Counted from the first letter of the stretch, positions 26,931-39,684 are shown. The stretch is 64,000 nt of DNA from Octopus sinensis (GCF_006345805.1 NC_043025.1:7936001-8000000); one strand, 5' to 3'. Notes: generated by a model not told the origin, from the letters alone. Made by a program: numbers and translations.

Positions 26931-27287
26931 TAATAACAATCCTTTTAACTAAAGGCACCAAATCCAGTTACAAGGCTTTGGTCGGCCCGGGGCTATAGCA
27001 GAAGACACTTGCCCAAGGTTCCACGCAGTGGGACTGAACCCGGAACCATGTGGTTGGTAAGCAAGCTACTTACCACACAGCCACTCCTATTAAATGTTTG
27101 TTTTATTTCAGTAATACTTTACATTACTTTACTTAATACTTTGTCAAATTTATATCTGTATAGAGGAAGGTTGTGGTTTGAGTGGTAAGAAGTTAGCTTG
27201 GTAACCACATGGCTCAAGGTTCAATCCCACTGTGCGACAACTTGTATATTTGGTCGACAAAAAACAGAAGGAAGCTCGTTGTATAAA

Positions 27288-27292
27288 TCATC

Positions 27293-27323
<31 letters not shown>

Positions 27324-27451
27324 CCACCATCACCATCATCATCATCATCATTACCATCATCATCATCATCACCACCATCATCACCATCACCACCACCACC
27401 ACCATCATCATCATCACCATCATTATCATCATCATCACCACCACCACCACC

Positions 27452-27543
<92 letters not shown>

Positions 27544-27611
27544 TATCATCATCATCATCACCACCACCATCATCATCATCATCATTATCACCGCTGCCGC
27601 CGTCGTCATCG

Positions 27612-27662
<51 letters not shown>

Positions 27663-27716
27663 CCACCACCACCATCATCATCATCATCATTATCATCGCT
27701 GCCGCCGTCGTCATCG

Positions 27717-27761
<45 letters not shown>

Positions 27762-27800
27762 CCACCACCATCATCATCATCATCATTATCGTCATCATCA
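27288..27800. repeat. (CAT)n/(CAC)n trinucleotide array with an internal ~120-bp duplication
   Basis: CCGCCGTCGTCATC motif occurs near 27597 and 27703. Confidence 0.95.
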
Positions 27801-28494
27801 AGCCGAGTGCAATTGTAGTCATGGCAGATACTGATGACATACAACTGGCACCCATTCCTGTAGCATGTAAAAGTACCCTCTTGGTGTGGTTGGCACTTGG
27901 AAGAATACTACTAACCCTACGACCTACCCTTTTGTGTAGGTAAAGCTAGATATATGGTTGCAGTACTTTAAGAGTCTAGTAGACTGTCTGACACTAATTG
28001 AATTATCACCATTAACTAGAATACAGTCGACAACTCCCAATGGATTTAATTCTAAATGGTTGAAGACTACATAAAGTATACTAGCCATCTCAATATGGCT
28101 AACCACTAAGGTTAAGTAGCTTGCTTACCAACCACATGGTTCCGGGTTCAGTCCCACTGCGTGGCACCTTGGGCAAGTGTCTTCTACTATAGCCTCGGGC
28201 CGACCAAAGCCTTGTGAATGGATTTGGTAGAAAAAAACTGAAAGAAGCCCTTTGTATATATGTATATATATGTATGTGTGTGTATATGTTTGTGTGTCTG
28301 TGTTTGTCCCCCTAGCATTGCTTGACAACCGATGCTGGTGTGTTTATGTCCCTGTTAGTTAGCGGTTCGGCAAAAGAGACCGATAGAATAAGTACTGGGC
28401 TTACAAAGAATAAGTCCCGGGGTCGAGTTACTCGATTAAAAAAGGCGGTGCTCCAACATGGCCGCAGTCAAATGACTGAAACAAGTAAAAGAGT

Positions 28495-28706
28495 AACGTA
28501 AAGTATACTAGCCATCTCAATATGGCTAACCACTAAGGGTGGGTGTTACTGTAGCTTTTAGCCCCTTATGGTATTTGCAAATACCATAAGAGCACAGAAA
28601 GTGTGCCTAAAGCCAGCTGGAGACGATGATCTCCTGGGGCTAAAAGCTACAGTAACACCCACCCTTAGTGGTTAGCCATATTGAGATGGCTACTATACTT
28701 TATGTT
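28495..28706. repeat. Inverted repeat, 71-bp arms, with an internal hairpin TTATGGTATTTGCAAATACCATAA
   Basis: Arms 28495-28565 and 28636-28706; the arm resembles Helitron-internal sequence at 36157-36216. Confidence 0.9.
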
Positions 28707-29829
28707 ACTCTTTTACTTGTTTCAGTCATTTGACTGCGGCCATGCTGGAGCACCGCCTTTTTTAATCGAGCAACTCGACCCCAGGACTTATTCTTTTGTA
28801 AGCCCAGTACTTATTCTATCGGTCTGTTTTGCCGAACTGCTAAGTGACGGGGACATAAACACACCAGCATCGGTTGTCAAGCAATGCTAGGGGGACAAAC
28901 ACAGACACACAAACACACACACACACACATATATACATAAATACATATATACAAAGGGCATCTTTCAGTTTTTTTCTACCAAATCCACTCACAAGGCTTT
29001 GGTTGGCCCGAGGCTATAGTAGAAGACACTTGGCCAAGATGCCACACAGTGGGACTGAACCCGGAACCATGTGGTTGGTAATCAAGCTACTTACCACACA
29101 GCCACTCCTACGTCTATGTTGTTGAGCAGTTACTGTTTCTACCTCGTTCAGAGATTTATTATTGGTTGAAGACTACATTCTACATAAAGTCTTCAAAATA
29201 TAAGTAGTTAGGTCACCACTCTTTTCATCCTGACCCCAACTATTTTCCTCTGCTACTCTCGAAATTTTACTAGGCTTGACATGGGATGCATTATTTTACT
29301 AAACTCATTTTGCCATAGATATGACAAAAAAAACAATGTAAATATTTTGAGTTCCATTATTGATGTGAATGTGTTAAGGAAATGGTTGTATCCTATATGT
29401 TTGAAGTCTATGTAATATCTTTACTACCCACAAGAGGCTAAACACAGAGGGGACTAACAAGGACAAGCAAACGGATTAAGTCGGTTATATCTACCCCAGT
29501 GCGTAACTGGTACTTATTTAATCGACCCCGAAAGGATGAAAGGCAAAGTCGACCTCGGCGGAATTTGAACCCAGAATGTAACAGCAGACGAAATACCTAT
29601 TTCTATACTACCCACAAGGGGCTAAACACAGAGGGGACTAACAAGGACAAGCAAACGGATTAAGTCGGTTATATCGACCCCAGTGTGTAACTGGTACTTA
29701 TTTAATCGACCCTGAAAGGATGAAAGGCAAAGTCGACCTTGGCGGAATTTGAACTCAGAAGACAGCGGCGGATGAAATACCACGAAGCATTTCGCCCGAC
29801 GTGCTAACGTATGTTTGAAGTCTGTGTGG

Positions 29830-30640
29830 TCATCTGAAGAGAATGGTTTCTTTCCTGCTGTGCTTGAGAAGACCCAGCAAGCCAAATGAGACCATAACCT
29901 TGTAGCCTAAACCAGGCCACTTATGCGTACCTTCCCTTCATTGGACACTAAACTTTGCTTGCGAGGACCTGTTGAGGCAAGTGAAATCGGAACCGAATTC
30001 AAAATTGATGATTGGCATCCGTGCTAGTGGAGCACTAAGTGCACCATCCGAGTGTGATCGTTGCCAGAGCATCTAACTGGTGCTCACGCCGGTGGCATGT
30101 AAAAAGCACCATTCAAGTGTGATCATTACCAGCACTTGTGCCGGTGTGCAGGTGACACGTAAAAAAAAAAAAAAACATTGCCAGTACAGCCTGGCTGGTC
30201 CTCATACAGGTGGCACGTAAAAAGCACCCACTACACTCTCGGAGTGGTTGGCGTTAGGAAGGGCATCCAGCTGTAGAAACACTGCCAGATCAAGATTGGA
30301 GCCTGGTGCAGCCATCTGGTTCACCAGTCCTCAGTCGTGGCCGAAGCCAGCGCCGCCTCGAATGGTTTCTGTGCCGGTGATACATAAAAAGCACCATCTG
30401 AACGTGGCCAATGCCAGTGCCGCCTTGACTGGCTTCCGTGCAGGTGGCATGTAAAAAGCACCCACTACACTCATGGAGTAGTTGGCGTTAGGAAGGGCAT
30501 CCAGCTGTAGAAACTCTGCCAGATCAAGATCGGAGCCTGGTACAGCCATCTGGTTCGCCAGTCCTCAGTCAAATCGTCCAACCCATGCTAGCATGGAAAG
30601 CGGACGTTAAATGACGATGACGATGATGATGATGAGGATG
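29830..30640 (+). mobile_element. RTE-family 3' UTR copy. Others: 24140-24420, 31240-31985, 33440-33640, 38830-39330, 39989-40825, 44270-44700, 55230-55410, 57890-58200, 63715-64000
   Basis: Shared GACCTGTTGAGGCAAGTG segment in the longer copies, shared ~60-bp repeats and the same (GAT)n tail. Confidence 0.75.
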
Positions 30641-30757
30641 TTTGAAACGACCATAATTAATTGAAACCCGTACGTTTTTGTTGCTCATTTATATTTTATT
30701 CACCTAGCTTGTAATCTGCATTTCGGAAATACTATAGAAAATACCTTTATAAGAGTA

Positions 30758-31143
30758 CTAGCAGTATCGCCCGGCGTTGCTCGGGTTTGTAAGGGAAATA
30801 ACTATATAAGCATTTTTAGAGAGTTATAGCAAAAATAGCAAAAAAATGCATTAAAATTGGAAAAAAAATATGGTAAATTTTTTTTTAAATCGTTGACTCA
30901 TCGTAGACATTTTTAGAGAGTTACTTCCCTTATATAATAGCGAAAAAAATGGAAAAAAATGATGGTAAATTTTTTTTTAAATTGTAGATTCATCGAAGAT
31001 GTGCGCTAATACCCAGAAGGGCTCGATATGAATCACGACTATAAGATACCCGCTTTTGGTTAAACTGCACCCCAAAATGTGGGAGTAGTTAGGAATCTAA
31101 ATCATAGGAGACAGACACACAACTTCACTTTTATGTATAAAGA
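30758..31143 (-). mobile_element. Non-autonomous Helitron (386 bp), complete
   Basis: A|TC 5' end, CCCGAGCAACGCCGGG hairpin and CTAG|T 3' end; no target duplication. Confidence 0.85.
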
Positions 31144-32290
31144 TATGTGTGAATTACTAAGAGTGGAGATCTTTATTTAGCTGGGTTGCGTTGTCTGCAC
31201 ACATGGCAAGAATATCAGGTACAGATACCTCTGCACATCATCATCATCATCATTTAACGTCCGCTTTCCGTGCTAGCATGGGTTGGACGATTTGACTGAG
31301 GGCTGGCGAACCAGATGGCTGCACCAGGCTTCAATCTTGATCTGGCAGAGTTTCTACAGCTGGATGCCCTTCCTAACGCCAACCACTCCGTGAGTGTAGT
31401 GGGTGGTTTTTACGTGTCACCGGCACAGGTGCCAGGTGAGCTGGCAACGGCCACAATTGGATTGGTGCCTTTTACATGCCACCGGCACGGAAGCCAGTCA
31501 AGGCAGCGCTGGCTTCAGCCACGACTCAGGACTGGTGAACCAGATGGCTGCACCAGGCTCCGATCTGATCTGGCAGAGTTTCTACAGCTGGATGCCCTTC
31601 CTAACACCAACCACTCCGAGAGTGTAGTGGGTGCTTTTACATGCCACCAGCATGGGGGCCAGTCTGGCGGTACTGGCAATGGCCATGCTCAAAATGGTGT
31701 CTTTTACGTGCCACCTGCACAGGAGACAGTCCAGCGACACTGGCAACGACCTCGCTCGAATGCTTTGTTCACATGCCAGTAAGGCGACACTGGTAACGAT
31801 CACACTCGAATGGTGCCTTTTACGTGCCACCAGCATGGAAGCCAGACAGCTGCTCTGGTAGTGATCCCGCTTGGATGGGGCTGTTAGCGCTCCACTGGCA
31901 CAGGTGCCAGTCATCAAATTTGACTTAATTTCGATTTCACTTGCCCGAACAGGTCTTCGCGAACAGAGTTTAGTGTCCAAAGAAAGAATATTCAATTGAT
32001 ATTGTTTGGGTGTGCAGATTATACTGAACTACCAGAATCTTAATAATACACACACACATACACACACACACTTGGAGGCGCAATGGCCCAGTGGTTAGGG
32101 CAGCGGACTCGCGGTCGTAGGATCGCGGTTTCGATTCCCAGACCAGGCGTTGTGAATGTATATTGAGCGAAAACACCTAAAGCTCCACGAGGCTCCGGCA
32201 GGGGATGGTGGTGATCCCTGCTGTACTCTTTCATCACAACTTTCTCTCACTCTTACTTCCTGTTTCTGTTGTACCTGTATTTCAAAGGGT

Positions 32291-32675
32291 GGAGGCGCAA
32301 TGGCCCAGTGGTTAGGGCAGCGGACTCGCGGTCGTAGGATCGCGGTTTCGATTCCCAGACCGGGCGTTGTGAGTGTTTATTGAGCGAAAACACCTAAAGC
32401 TCCACGAGGCTCCGGCAGGGGCTGGTGGTGAACCCTGCTGTACTCTTTCACCACAACTTTCTCTCACTCTTACTTCCTGTTTCTGTTGTACCTGTATTTC
32501 AAAGGGTCACCCTTGTCACTCTCTGTGCCACGCTGAATATCCCCGAGAACTACGTTAAGGGTACACGTGTCTGTGGAGTGCTCAGCCACTTACACGTTAA
32601 GTTCACGAGCAGGCTGTTCCATTGATTTGGATCAACCGGAACCCTCATCGTCGTAACCGACGGAGTGCTTCCATC
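32291..32675 (+). mobile_element. tRNA-derived SINE family A. Others: 990-1221, 23511-24120, 32074-32290, 33763-34063, 36585-36883, 38020-38215, 49668-49855, 51143-51257
   Basis: A box TGGCCCAGTGG and B box GGTTTCGATTCC; multi-copy; several alternative tails. Confidence 0.85.
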
Positions 32676-34143
32676 CACACGCACACACACACACACATAT
32701 AAGTAAAGAAACAGACTGGATTACAAGTAACCACCAACACCACTACTACACACACACACACACACATTCCAAGGAAGACAAACAGTCAGAAATAAAAACA
32801 AAAAGAAGAAATATAAGCTAACAAAGCCATGAATAGCTGCTTTATGAATGGCTTTTTGCATTCCAACATTTTCTTAATACAATAATGAGAAAGAAGTCAT
32901 AGAAGCCAGACAAGTCATACAGGAAGTAAGACAAATATATTGTTTAATGAGTACCACCAGATTAACTGAATCCAGATATTGCGACTTAAATTTGTATATT
33001 TATATCTATATAAATAGAGGAATGGGCGCAGGAGTGGCTGTGTGGTAAGTAGCTTCCTTACCAACCACATGGTTGCGGGTTCAGTCCCACTGTGTGGCAC
33101 CTTGGGCAAGTGTCTTCTGCTATAGCCTCGGGCCGACCAAAGCCTTGTGAGTGGATTTGGTAGACGGAAACTGAAAGAAGCCCGTCGTATATATGTATAT
33201 ATATATATATATATATATGCGTGTGTGTGTTTGTGTGTCAGTGTTTGTCCCCTAGCATTGCTTGACAAACGATGTGGTGCGTTTATGTCCCCGTTACTTA
33301 GCGGTTCGGCAAAAGAGACTGATAGAATAAGTACTGGGCTTGCAAAAGAATAAGTCCTGGGGTCGAGTTGCTCGATTAAAGGTAGTGCTCCAGCATGGCC
33401 TCAGTCAAATGACTGAAACAAGTAAAGAGAGTATATCTGCATCATCATCATCATCATCATTTAACGTCCATTTTCCATGCCAGCATGGATTGGATGGTTT
33501 GACTGGGGTCTGGCAAGCCAGGAGACCACACCAGGCTCCAGTCTGATCTGGCAGTGTTTCTACAGCTGGATGCCCTTCCTAACACCAACCACTCCAAGAG
33601 TGTACTGGGTGCATTTTATGTGACACCGGCACAAGAGCCATGGCTAAACTGGCAAAATGACCATTCCGAAATATAATATATATATATATATTACATATTT
33701 ATATACATATATATAAATATATATATATTATAAATACATACATACAGACATACATATATATATCACTGTGACCAACCAGGCTATCAGATGTTGCTACACA
33801 TCGCTGGTCACAATGCGCTTCACACTGTTTTAGCCTTCGAATGAAGCCACTCCGCTTTCTAAGCGAGCAGGCCAACAGAAGAAAGAGTGAGAGAAAGTTG
33901 TGGCAAAAGAGTACAGCAGGGATCACCACCACCCCCTGCCAGAGCCCCGTGGAGCTTTAGGTGTTTTCGCTCAATAAACACTCACAACGCCCGGTCTGGG
34001 AATCGAAACTGCGATCCTACAACCGCGAGTCCGCTACCCTAACCACTGGGCCATTGCGCCTCCACACACACATATATATTGATAGAAATGGTAAGACAAC
34101 AAAAGAATGAAAGAGACCTCAATATTATGTAAATAGAGGAATT

Positions 34144-34354
34144 TATCTGTAAGTGTAATATGTGACAATTATTCAGTAGCCAAGATAAAACTCTGAGTTT
34201 CGGATGCCGAGGTGGAAATCCACACCACCATCTCTTCAGTTATCCGATAGCCGGATAACTGAAGATATGGCGGTGTGGATTTCCACCTCGGCATCCGAAA
34301 CTCAGAGTTTTATCTTGGCTACTGAATAATTGTCACATATTACACTTACAGATA
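34144..34354. repeat. Inverted repeat, 103-bp arms, 5-nt spacer, 2 mismatches
   Basis: Arms 34144-34246 and 34252-34354. Confidence 0.95.
34253..34315 (+). ncRNA. Hammerhead-like motif H4, with an inverted twin on the minus strand at about 34183-34245
   Basis: GGAUAA-CUGAAGA-...-GAAA-CUCAGAG-UU-UUAUCU. 6-bp stem I and near-palindromic stem III; the base of stem II is imperfect. Confidence 0.55.
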
Positions 34355-34884
34355 TATATATATATGTGTGTGTGTTTGTCTCTCAACCACTGCTTGGCAA
34401 CTGATGTTGGTGTGTTTACATCCCTGTAACCAAGCGGTTCGACAAAGCAGACCGATAGAGTAAGTACTAGTCTTACAAGGAATAAGTCCTGGGGTAGATT
34501 TCTACAACTAAAATCCCTTTTAGGCAGTGCTCTAGCATGGCCACAGTCATATGTCTGAACAAGTAACAGGATATAGTGTGCATACATAATATATTATATA
34601 TATAATATATATATATATATATAATATAATATATATATATATAGGACGGGCTTCTTCAGTTTCTGTCTATGTGATTCACTCACAAGACTTCAAGACTTTT
34701 GCCTTTTGGTGCCATGCAGTAGGACTGAACCTGGAACACTGTGGTTGGGAAGCAAGATTCTTACCCCACAGCCACGCCTGCACCTCCACACAGTCACATG
34801 ATGGGGACGAGCAACATCGTAAGTACAAGAACGGTCACGATATATACATACACATGAATATATTTAAAGATAGTTATGGCTGGG

Positions 34885-35308
34885 GGATCCTTTCCGTTTG
34901 AACGGAAGTTTTTTCTAGCGGTGTCATATGAAATTGTCACCCATAATTATGACCCTAGAAACCATCTATTGCATTTCAATCACTTTTAGAGTTAGGGTTA
35001 GGGTTAGGGGTGGCGGGAAGGGTACCTTTTTTTCTTCACAAATGTAAATAAACCCAATCTGTTTCTTAAATGAGGGACATATTCATACGGTAAAGAATGT
35101 TTTTTTTTACCTCAATAGACGTCAGTGATTGGTTGATATTGCTGAAATTGAAGGAAAAAACAACAAATATCTTACAAACCGTAGAATTTTCTCAATAAAG
35201 CCAAGAGAAAAAGATGTTTTATAAACACATTCTACCAGTATACGAAGTTTAAAAGTGTTTAGTTAGGTGGAAATTATTTTAAAAATGCCGTTCAAACCGG
35301 AAAGATCC
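34885..35308 (+). mobile_element. MITE family 1 (~424 bp, GGATCTTTTCGGTTTGAACGGCAG TIRs, internal TTAGGG tract). Others: 44838-46510, 50711-50785, 56853-57235, 59197-59614
   Basis: TIRs visible in several copies; this copy has 8/9-identical flanks ATGGCTGGG and ATGGCTGGT. Confidence 0.8.
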
Positions 35309-35638
35309 ATGGCTGGTTCATAGAGGTACCTAGGGCTTCGCGTCAATAAAGCGCTCAGCTTTGCATACATCTCATAAGACCCTAACGGACGGTGACCCGT
35401 AATCTTTCTTCAAAACGGAGAGAGAAAATCCTCGTGGGCAGTTTTTGAACACGCGATGTAAGGTCAAGAGCAAGGGATTGTCTCCCTTAGACCAGGCGGT
35501 TCCAACATGTGGATCTTTTCGGACACTTTTTATCTAAATACCCTACCGCTCAACTTAGAGTGAGCTTCTTTCCGATTTATCATTTTTCTTTTAATATTTA
35601 AGCCATGCAGCTGCGGTCATGCTGGAGCACAATATATG

Positions 35639-35704
<66 letters not shown>

Positions 35705-35760
35705 ATATATATATTATATATATATATATATATACATATATAATATATATATATTTTATT

Positions 35761-35879
35761 TATAGAAGGAGCTTCTACAGGCTAGAACTCTTTCATTCAA
35801 GAGAAATCATCAGGAAGCTAGCTTCCTGATGATTTCTCTTGAATGAAACAGTTCTAGTCCTGTAGAAGCTCCTTCTATA
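35761..35879. repeat. Spacer-less palindrome, ~60-bp arms, between TA runs
   Basis: Centre at 35819/35820; one mismatch and one indel. Confidence 0.95.
35826..35854 (+). ncRNA. Degenerate hammerhead-like core H5, with an inverted twin
   Basis: CUGAUGA-UUUC-UCUU-GAAU-GAAA-CAGUU. Stem I is not properly formed. Confidence 0.3.
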
Positions 35880-35902
35880 TATATATATACATATATATAT
35901 AT

Positions 35903-36283
35903 AGGTTGTGTGCTGTTTGTGTCTCCTACGATTTAGATTCCTAACTACTCCCACATTTTGCGGTGCAGTTTAACCAAAACCGGGTATCTTATAGTCGTGA
36001 TTCATATCGAAGCCCTTCTGGGTATTAGTGCACGTCTACGATGAGTCTACGATTTTTAAAAAAAAAAATTTACCATCCATTTTCCCATTTTTAATGCATT
36101 TTTGGCATATATAAGGGAGAGTAACTCTCTAAAAATTTATTAAATCTCAGAACGTAAAAAGCTACAGTAACAACCCCCTTTGTTGTTAGCGATATTGAGA
36201 TGGCTATTATACTTTACATCTCTAAAAATGCTTATATAGATATTTCCCTTACAAACCCGAGCAACGCCGGGCGATACTGCTAG
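35903..36283 (+). mobile_element. Non-autonomous Helitron, second copy (5' end lost in TA run)
   Basis: Homologous to 30758-31143, with the same hairpin and CTAG|T end. Confidence 0.8.
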
Positions 36284-37149
36284 TTTCACATAAAGAATTT
36301 TGCAACGTGTGTGTATGTATGTGTGTGTGTGGTGGGGAATGTTTCTGTGTCCGAATTTCTCACCCACCACTGTTTCACAACCGGTATAGGCGTGTTACGT
36401 TTCCATAACAAAGCGGTTCGGTAATCGTCTCTGATAGAATGACTACCAGGCTCCAGAATAACAATTAAGGTGGTCGATTCATTCGACTAAAAAATTCTTA
36501 AAAGCAGTACTCCAGCATGGGTGAGGTCTAAGACTGAAAGACATAAAGCATGTGTGTATATATATATAGATATATATATATATATCACGTGATCAACGTG
36601 ACGCCAGTCCATCAGATGTAGTTACACATCGCTGGTCACAATGCGTTCGCATTGTTTTAGCTTCGAATGACGCCACACCCGCGCTAAGCGAGCGGGCCAA
36701 CAGAAGAAAGAGTGAGAGAAAGAGTGGTGAAAGAGTACAGCAGGGATCACCACCCCTGCGGAGCCTCGTGGAGCTTTTAGGTGTTTTTCGCTCAATAAAC
36801 ACACACAACGCCCGGTCTGGGAATCGAAACCGCAATCCTACGACCGCGAGTCCGTTGCCTTAACCACTGGCCATTGCGCCTCCACATATATATATATATA
36901 GATATATATACAACACACACTACACACACACAAACACATATACATAACATATTAGACAGGCTTCTTTCAGTCTCCGTCTACCAAATCCACTCACAAGGCT
37001 TTGGTCGGCCCGGGGCTATAGCAGAAGACACTTGCCCAAGATGCCACGCAGTGGGACTGAACCCGAAACCATGTGGTTGGTTAGCAAGCTACTTACCACA
37101 CAGCCACTCATTCAGAATTAATTAAAATTTTCAGATCTGTTTTGTTACT

Positions 37150-37345
37150 AAATTTCTTGCAATTCCAGACCGGTGAAATACCCAAAGATGTGTCTGTCCC
37201 CTAAAATTGCAAGTTCTCTAGTTGTACTATTTGAGTTTTCTTTGAGTTTTGCCTTCGAATCATCTTCATCCAATTTTGAAGGTCTTCCACTGTGGCAGTC
37301 AAAGACACTTCCTGCTACCCAACTCTCTCGGAGACCCTGGTAAAC
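37150..37345 (-). mobile_element. Mariner-like N-terminal HTH remnant
   Basis: SGRPSKLDEDDSKAKLKENSNSTTRELAILG. Confidence 0.5.
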
Positions 37346-39420
37346 CAATGGCTCGTAGGCAGGGCCATTCTCACCCTTTCACTAAACTTATTAAAAAACT
37401 AGCTTAAAAGCCTCATTCCGTGCAGACTTTGGCAATAGCTCCTACAGAGGGCAAAGTCGACCTTGGCGGAATTTGAACTCAGAACGTAAAGACAGATGAA
37501 ATACCTATTTCTTTACTACCCACAAGGGGCTAAACACAGAGAGGACAAACAAGGACAGACAAACGGATTAAGTCGATTAAATCGACCCTAGTGCGTAACT
37601 GGTACTTAATTTATCAACCCCGAGAGGATGAAAGGCAAAGTTGACCTTGGCGGAATTTGAACTGAGAACGTAGCGGCAGACGAAATACCTATTTCTTTAC
37701 TACCCACAAGGGGCTAAACATAGAGGGGACAAACAAGGACAGACAAACGGATTAAGTCGATTACATCAACCCCAGTGCATAACTGGTACTTATTTAATCG
37801 ACCCCGTGATTGTTGCCAGAGCGGCTATCTGGCCTCCGTGCCAGTGACTCTTAAAAGGCACCATTCGAGCGTGGTCGTTACCAGCGTCGCCTTACTGGCA
37901 CTCGAGTCCCGTGCTAGTAGGGTATTAAGAGCACCATCCGAGCATGATCGTTGCCAGAGCGGCTATCTGGCCTACATGGGATGAAGACCGCTTCACTCAA
38001 CAGCAACAGCAGCAGCAGGTGGAGGCACAATGACCCAGTAGTTAGGGCAGCGGACTCGCGGTCGTAAGAACGCAGTTTCGATTCCCAGACCAGGCATTGT
38101 GAGTGTTTATTTAGCAAAAACGCCTAAGCTCCATGAGGCTCCAGCAGGGGAGGGTGGTGAACCCTACTGTACTCTTTCACCACAACTTTCTCTCACTCTT
38201 TCTTCCTACTTCTTCCACAAAGCAGAGGAACCATGGTGTAACCCACTATGGTGTGGTAAACTTTCAGACCCTAGTCTAGATTGTGAATCCTCTGTACCCC
38301 AGGATGGTTCAGCTCTCCACCCGTTAAAAGCCACTGTTTAAGGAATGAGGATAACAATGTAGCTTTCTCGCCTGTGCAACCACCAGTCTATCGCGTGTGG
38401 TGGGTGGATCTTCAAGTTGCCACACACACTCTTAGTAGCTTAGAGTAGGCTCAAATTAGAGATTATTCTTTGTGGCTAATCGTGTGAGTCCTGGCTGGAA
38501 GAAGAAGGAGAAGGAGGAGGAGAAGAAGAAGAAAACGAAGAAGAGGAGGAAGAAGGAGGAGGAGGAGGAGGGGAGGAGGAGCAGGGGGAAAAGAACAGCA
38601 GTAGCAGCGTCAAAAATGGGGAAAAACTACATTTGAAAGTGTAAAGTCACCATAGCAATGAACATAAAATAGAAAAGGAAAAGTCTGTTGTCAAGGGCAA
38701 CAAGACAAATTTTTCCCATTAAAAGATACTTTGGCCAACAAGAAAATATGGCGATTATATTTCACACACACAGTTATGCATACACCTATTACATACATAC
38801 ATACATACATACATATACATATCATCATCATCCATCATCATCATCGTTTAACGTCCTTTCTCCATGCTAGCATGTGTTGGACGGTTCGGACCGGGATCTG
38901 GGAAGCAGAAGGCTGCACCAGGCTCCATTCTTATCTGGCAATGTTTCTACAGCTGGATGCCTTCCTAACGCCAACCACTCTGTGAGTGTAGTGGGTGCTT
39001 TTTTACGTGCCACCTGCACAGGTGCCAGGCGAGGCTGGCAACGGCCACGGTCGGATTGGTGTATTTTATGTGCCATGCCACCGGCACGGAAGCCAGACGA
39101 GGCGGAGCTGGCATCGGCCACGAGTCGGAATAGTGCTTTTTACGCCACGAGTCGGATAGTGCTTTTTAACGTACCCACCAGACCAGGCCTGGCTGATTCA
39201 ATTCGATTCGATTTCGCTTGCCCCAACATGTCTTCGCAGCAGGGTGTGGCATGGTGCCTGTCGTAGGTCAATTTGTGTATTTTACGTGCCACCGGCCCGA
39301 AGCCAGTTGGAGGCGGCGCTGGCATAGGCCACAGTCATATATATATATATATATATATATATACCGTCCAACCCATGTTTAGCATGGAAAGCGGACGTTA
39401 AACGATGATATGATATATAT

Positions 39421-39477
<57 letters not shown>

Positions 39478-39684
39478 TATATATACATTAAATAATATAT
39501 ATATATACAAATTGAGATAGGGGTTGTAAGTGCAACCCTCCATGGATAACATATATCCAATATACTACTAGTGAAGTACCCAACAAAGTTAATACATAAA
39601 TGTTAAGGATTGCAATGCAATTAATTCCTTTACTGTATTATATGGTCAAAGGTAAAGTGTTTTACCACAAATTACTAATACAAG

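Noticed and set aside
27198-27855. Poly-S/D/H/M ORFs of about 200 aa
   Set aside because: All frames of a (CAT)n array; no splice or domain support.
29920-29990. Possible HDV-like ribozyme at the start of the RTE-related repeat
   Set aside because: No P3-L3-P3/P1 arrangement could be built, and the segment lies downstream of an RTE ORF end, i.e. in the 3' UTR.
34990-35005. TTAGGG repeats as interstitial telomere
   Set aside because: Only 2-3 units, always at the same position inside MITE family 1.
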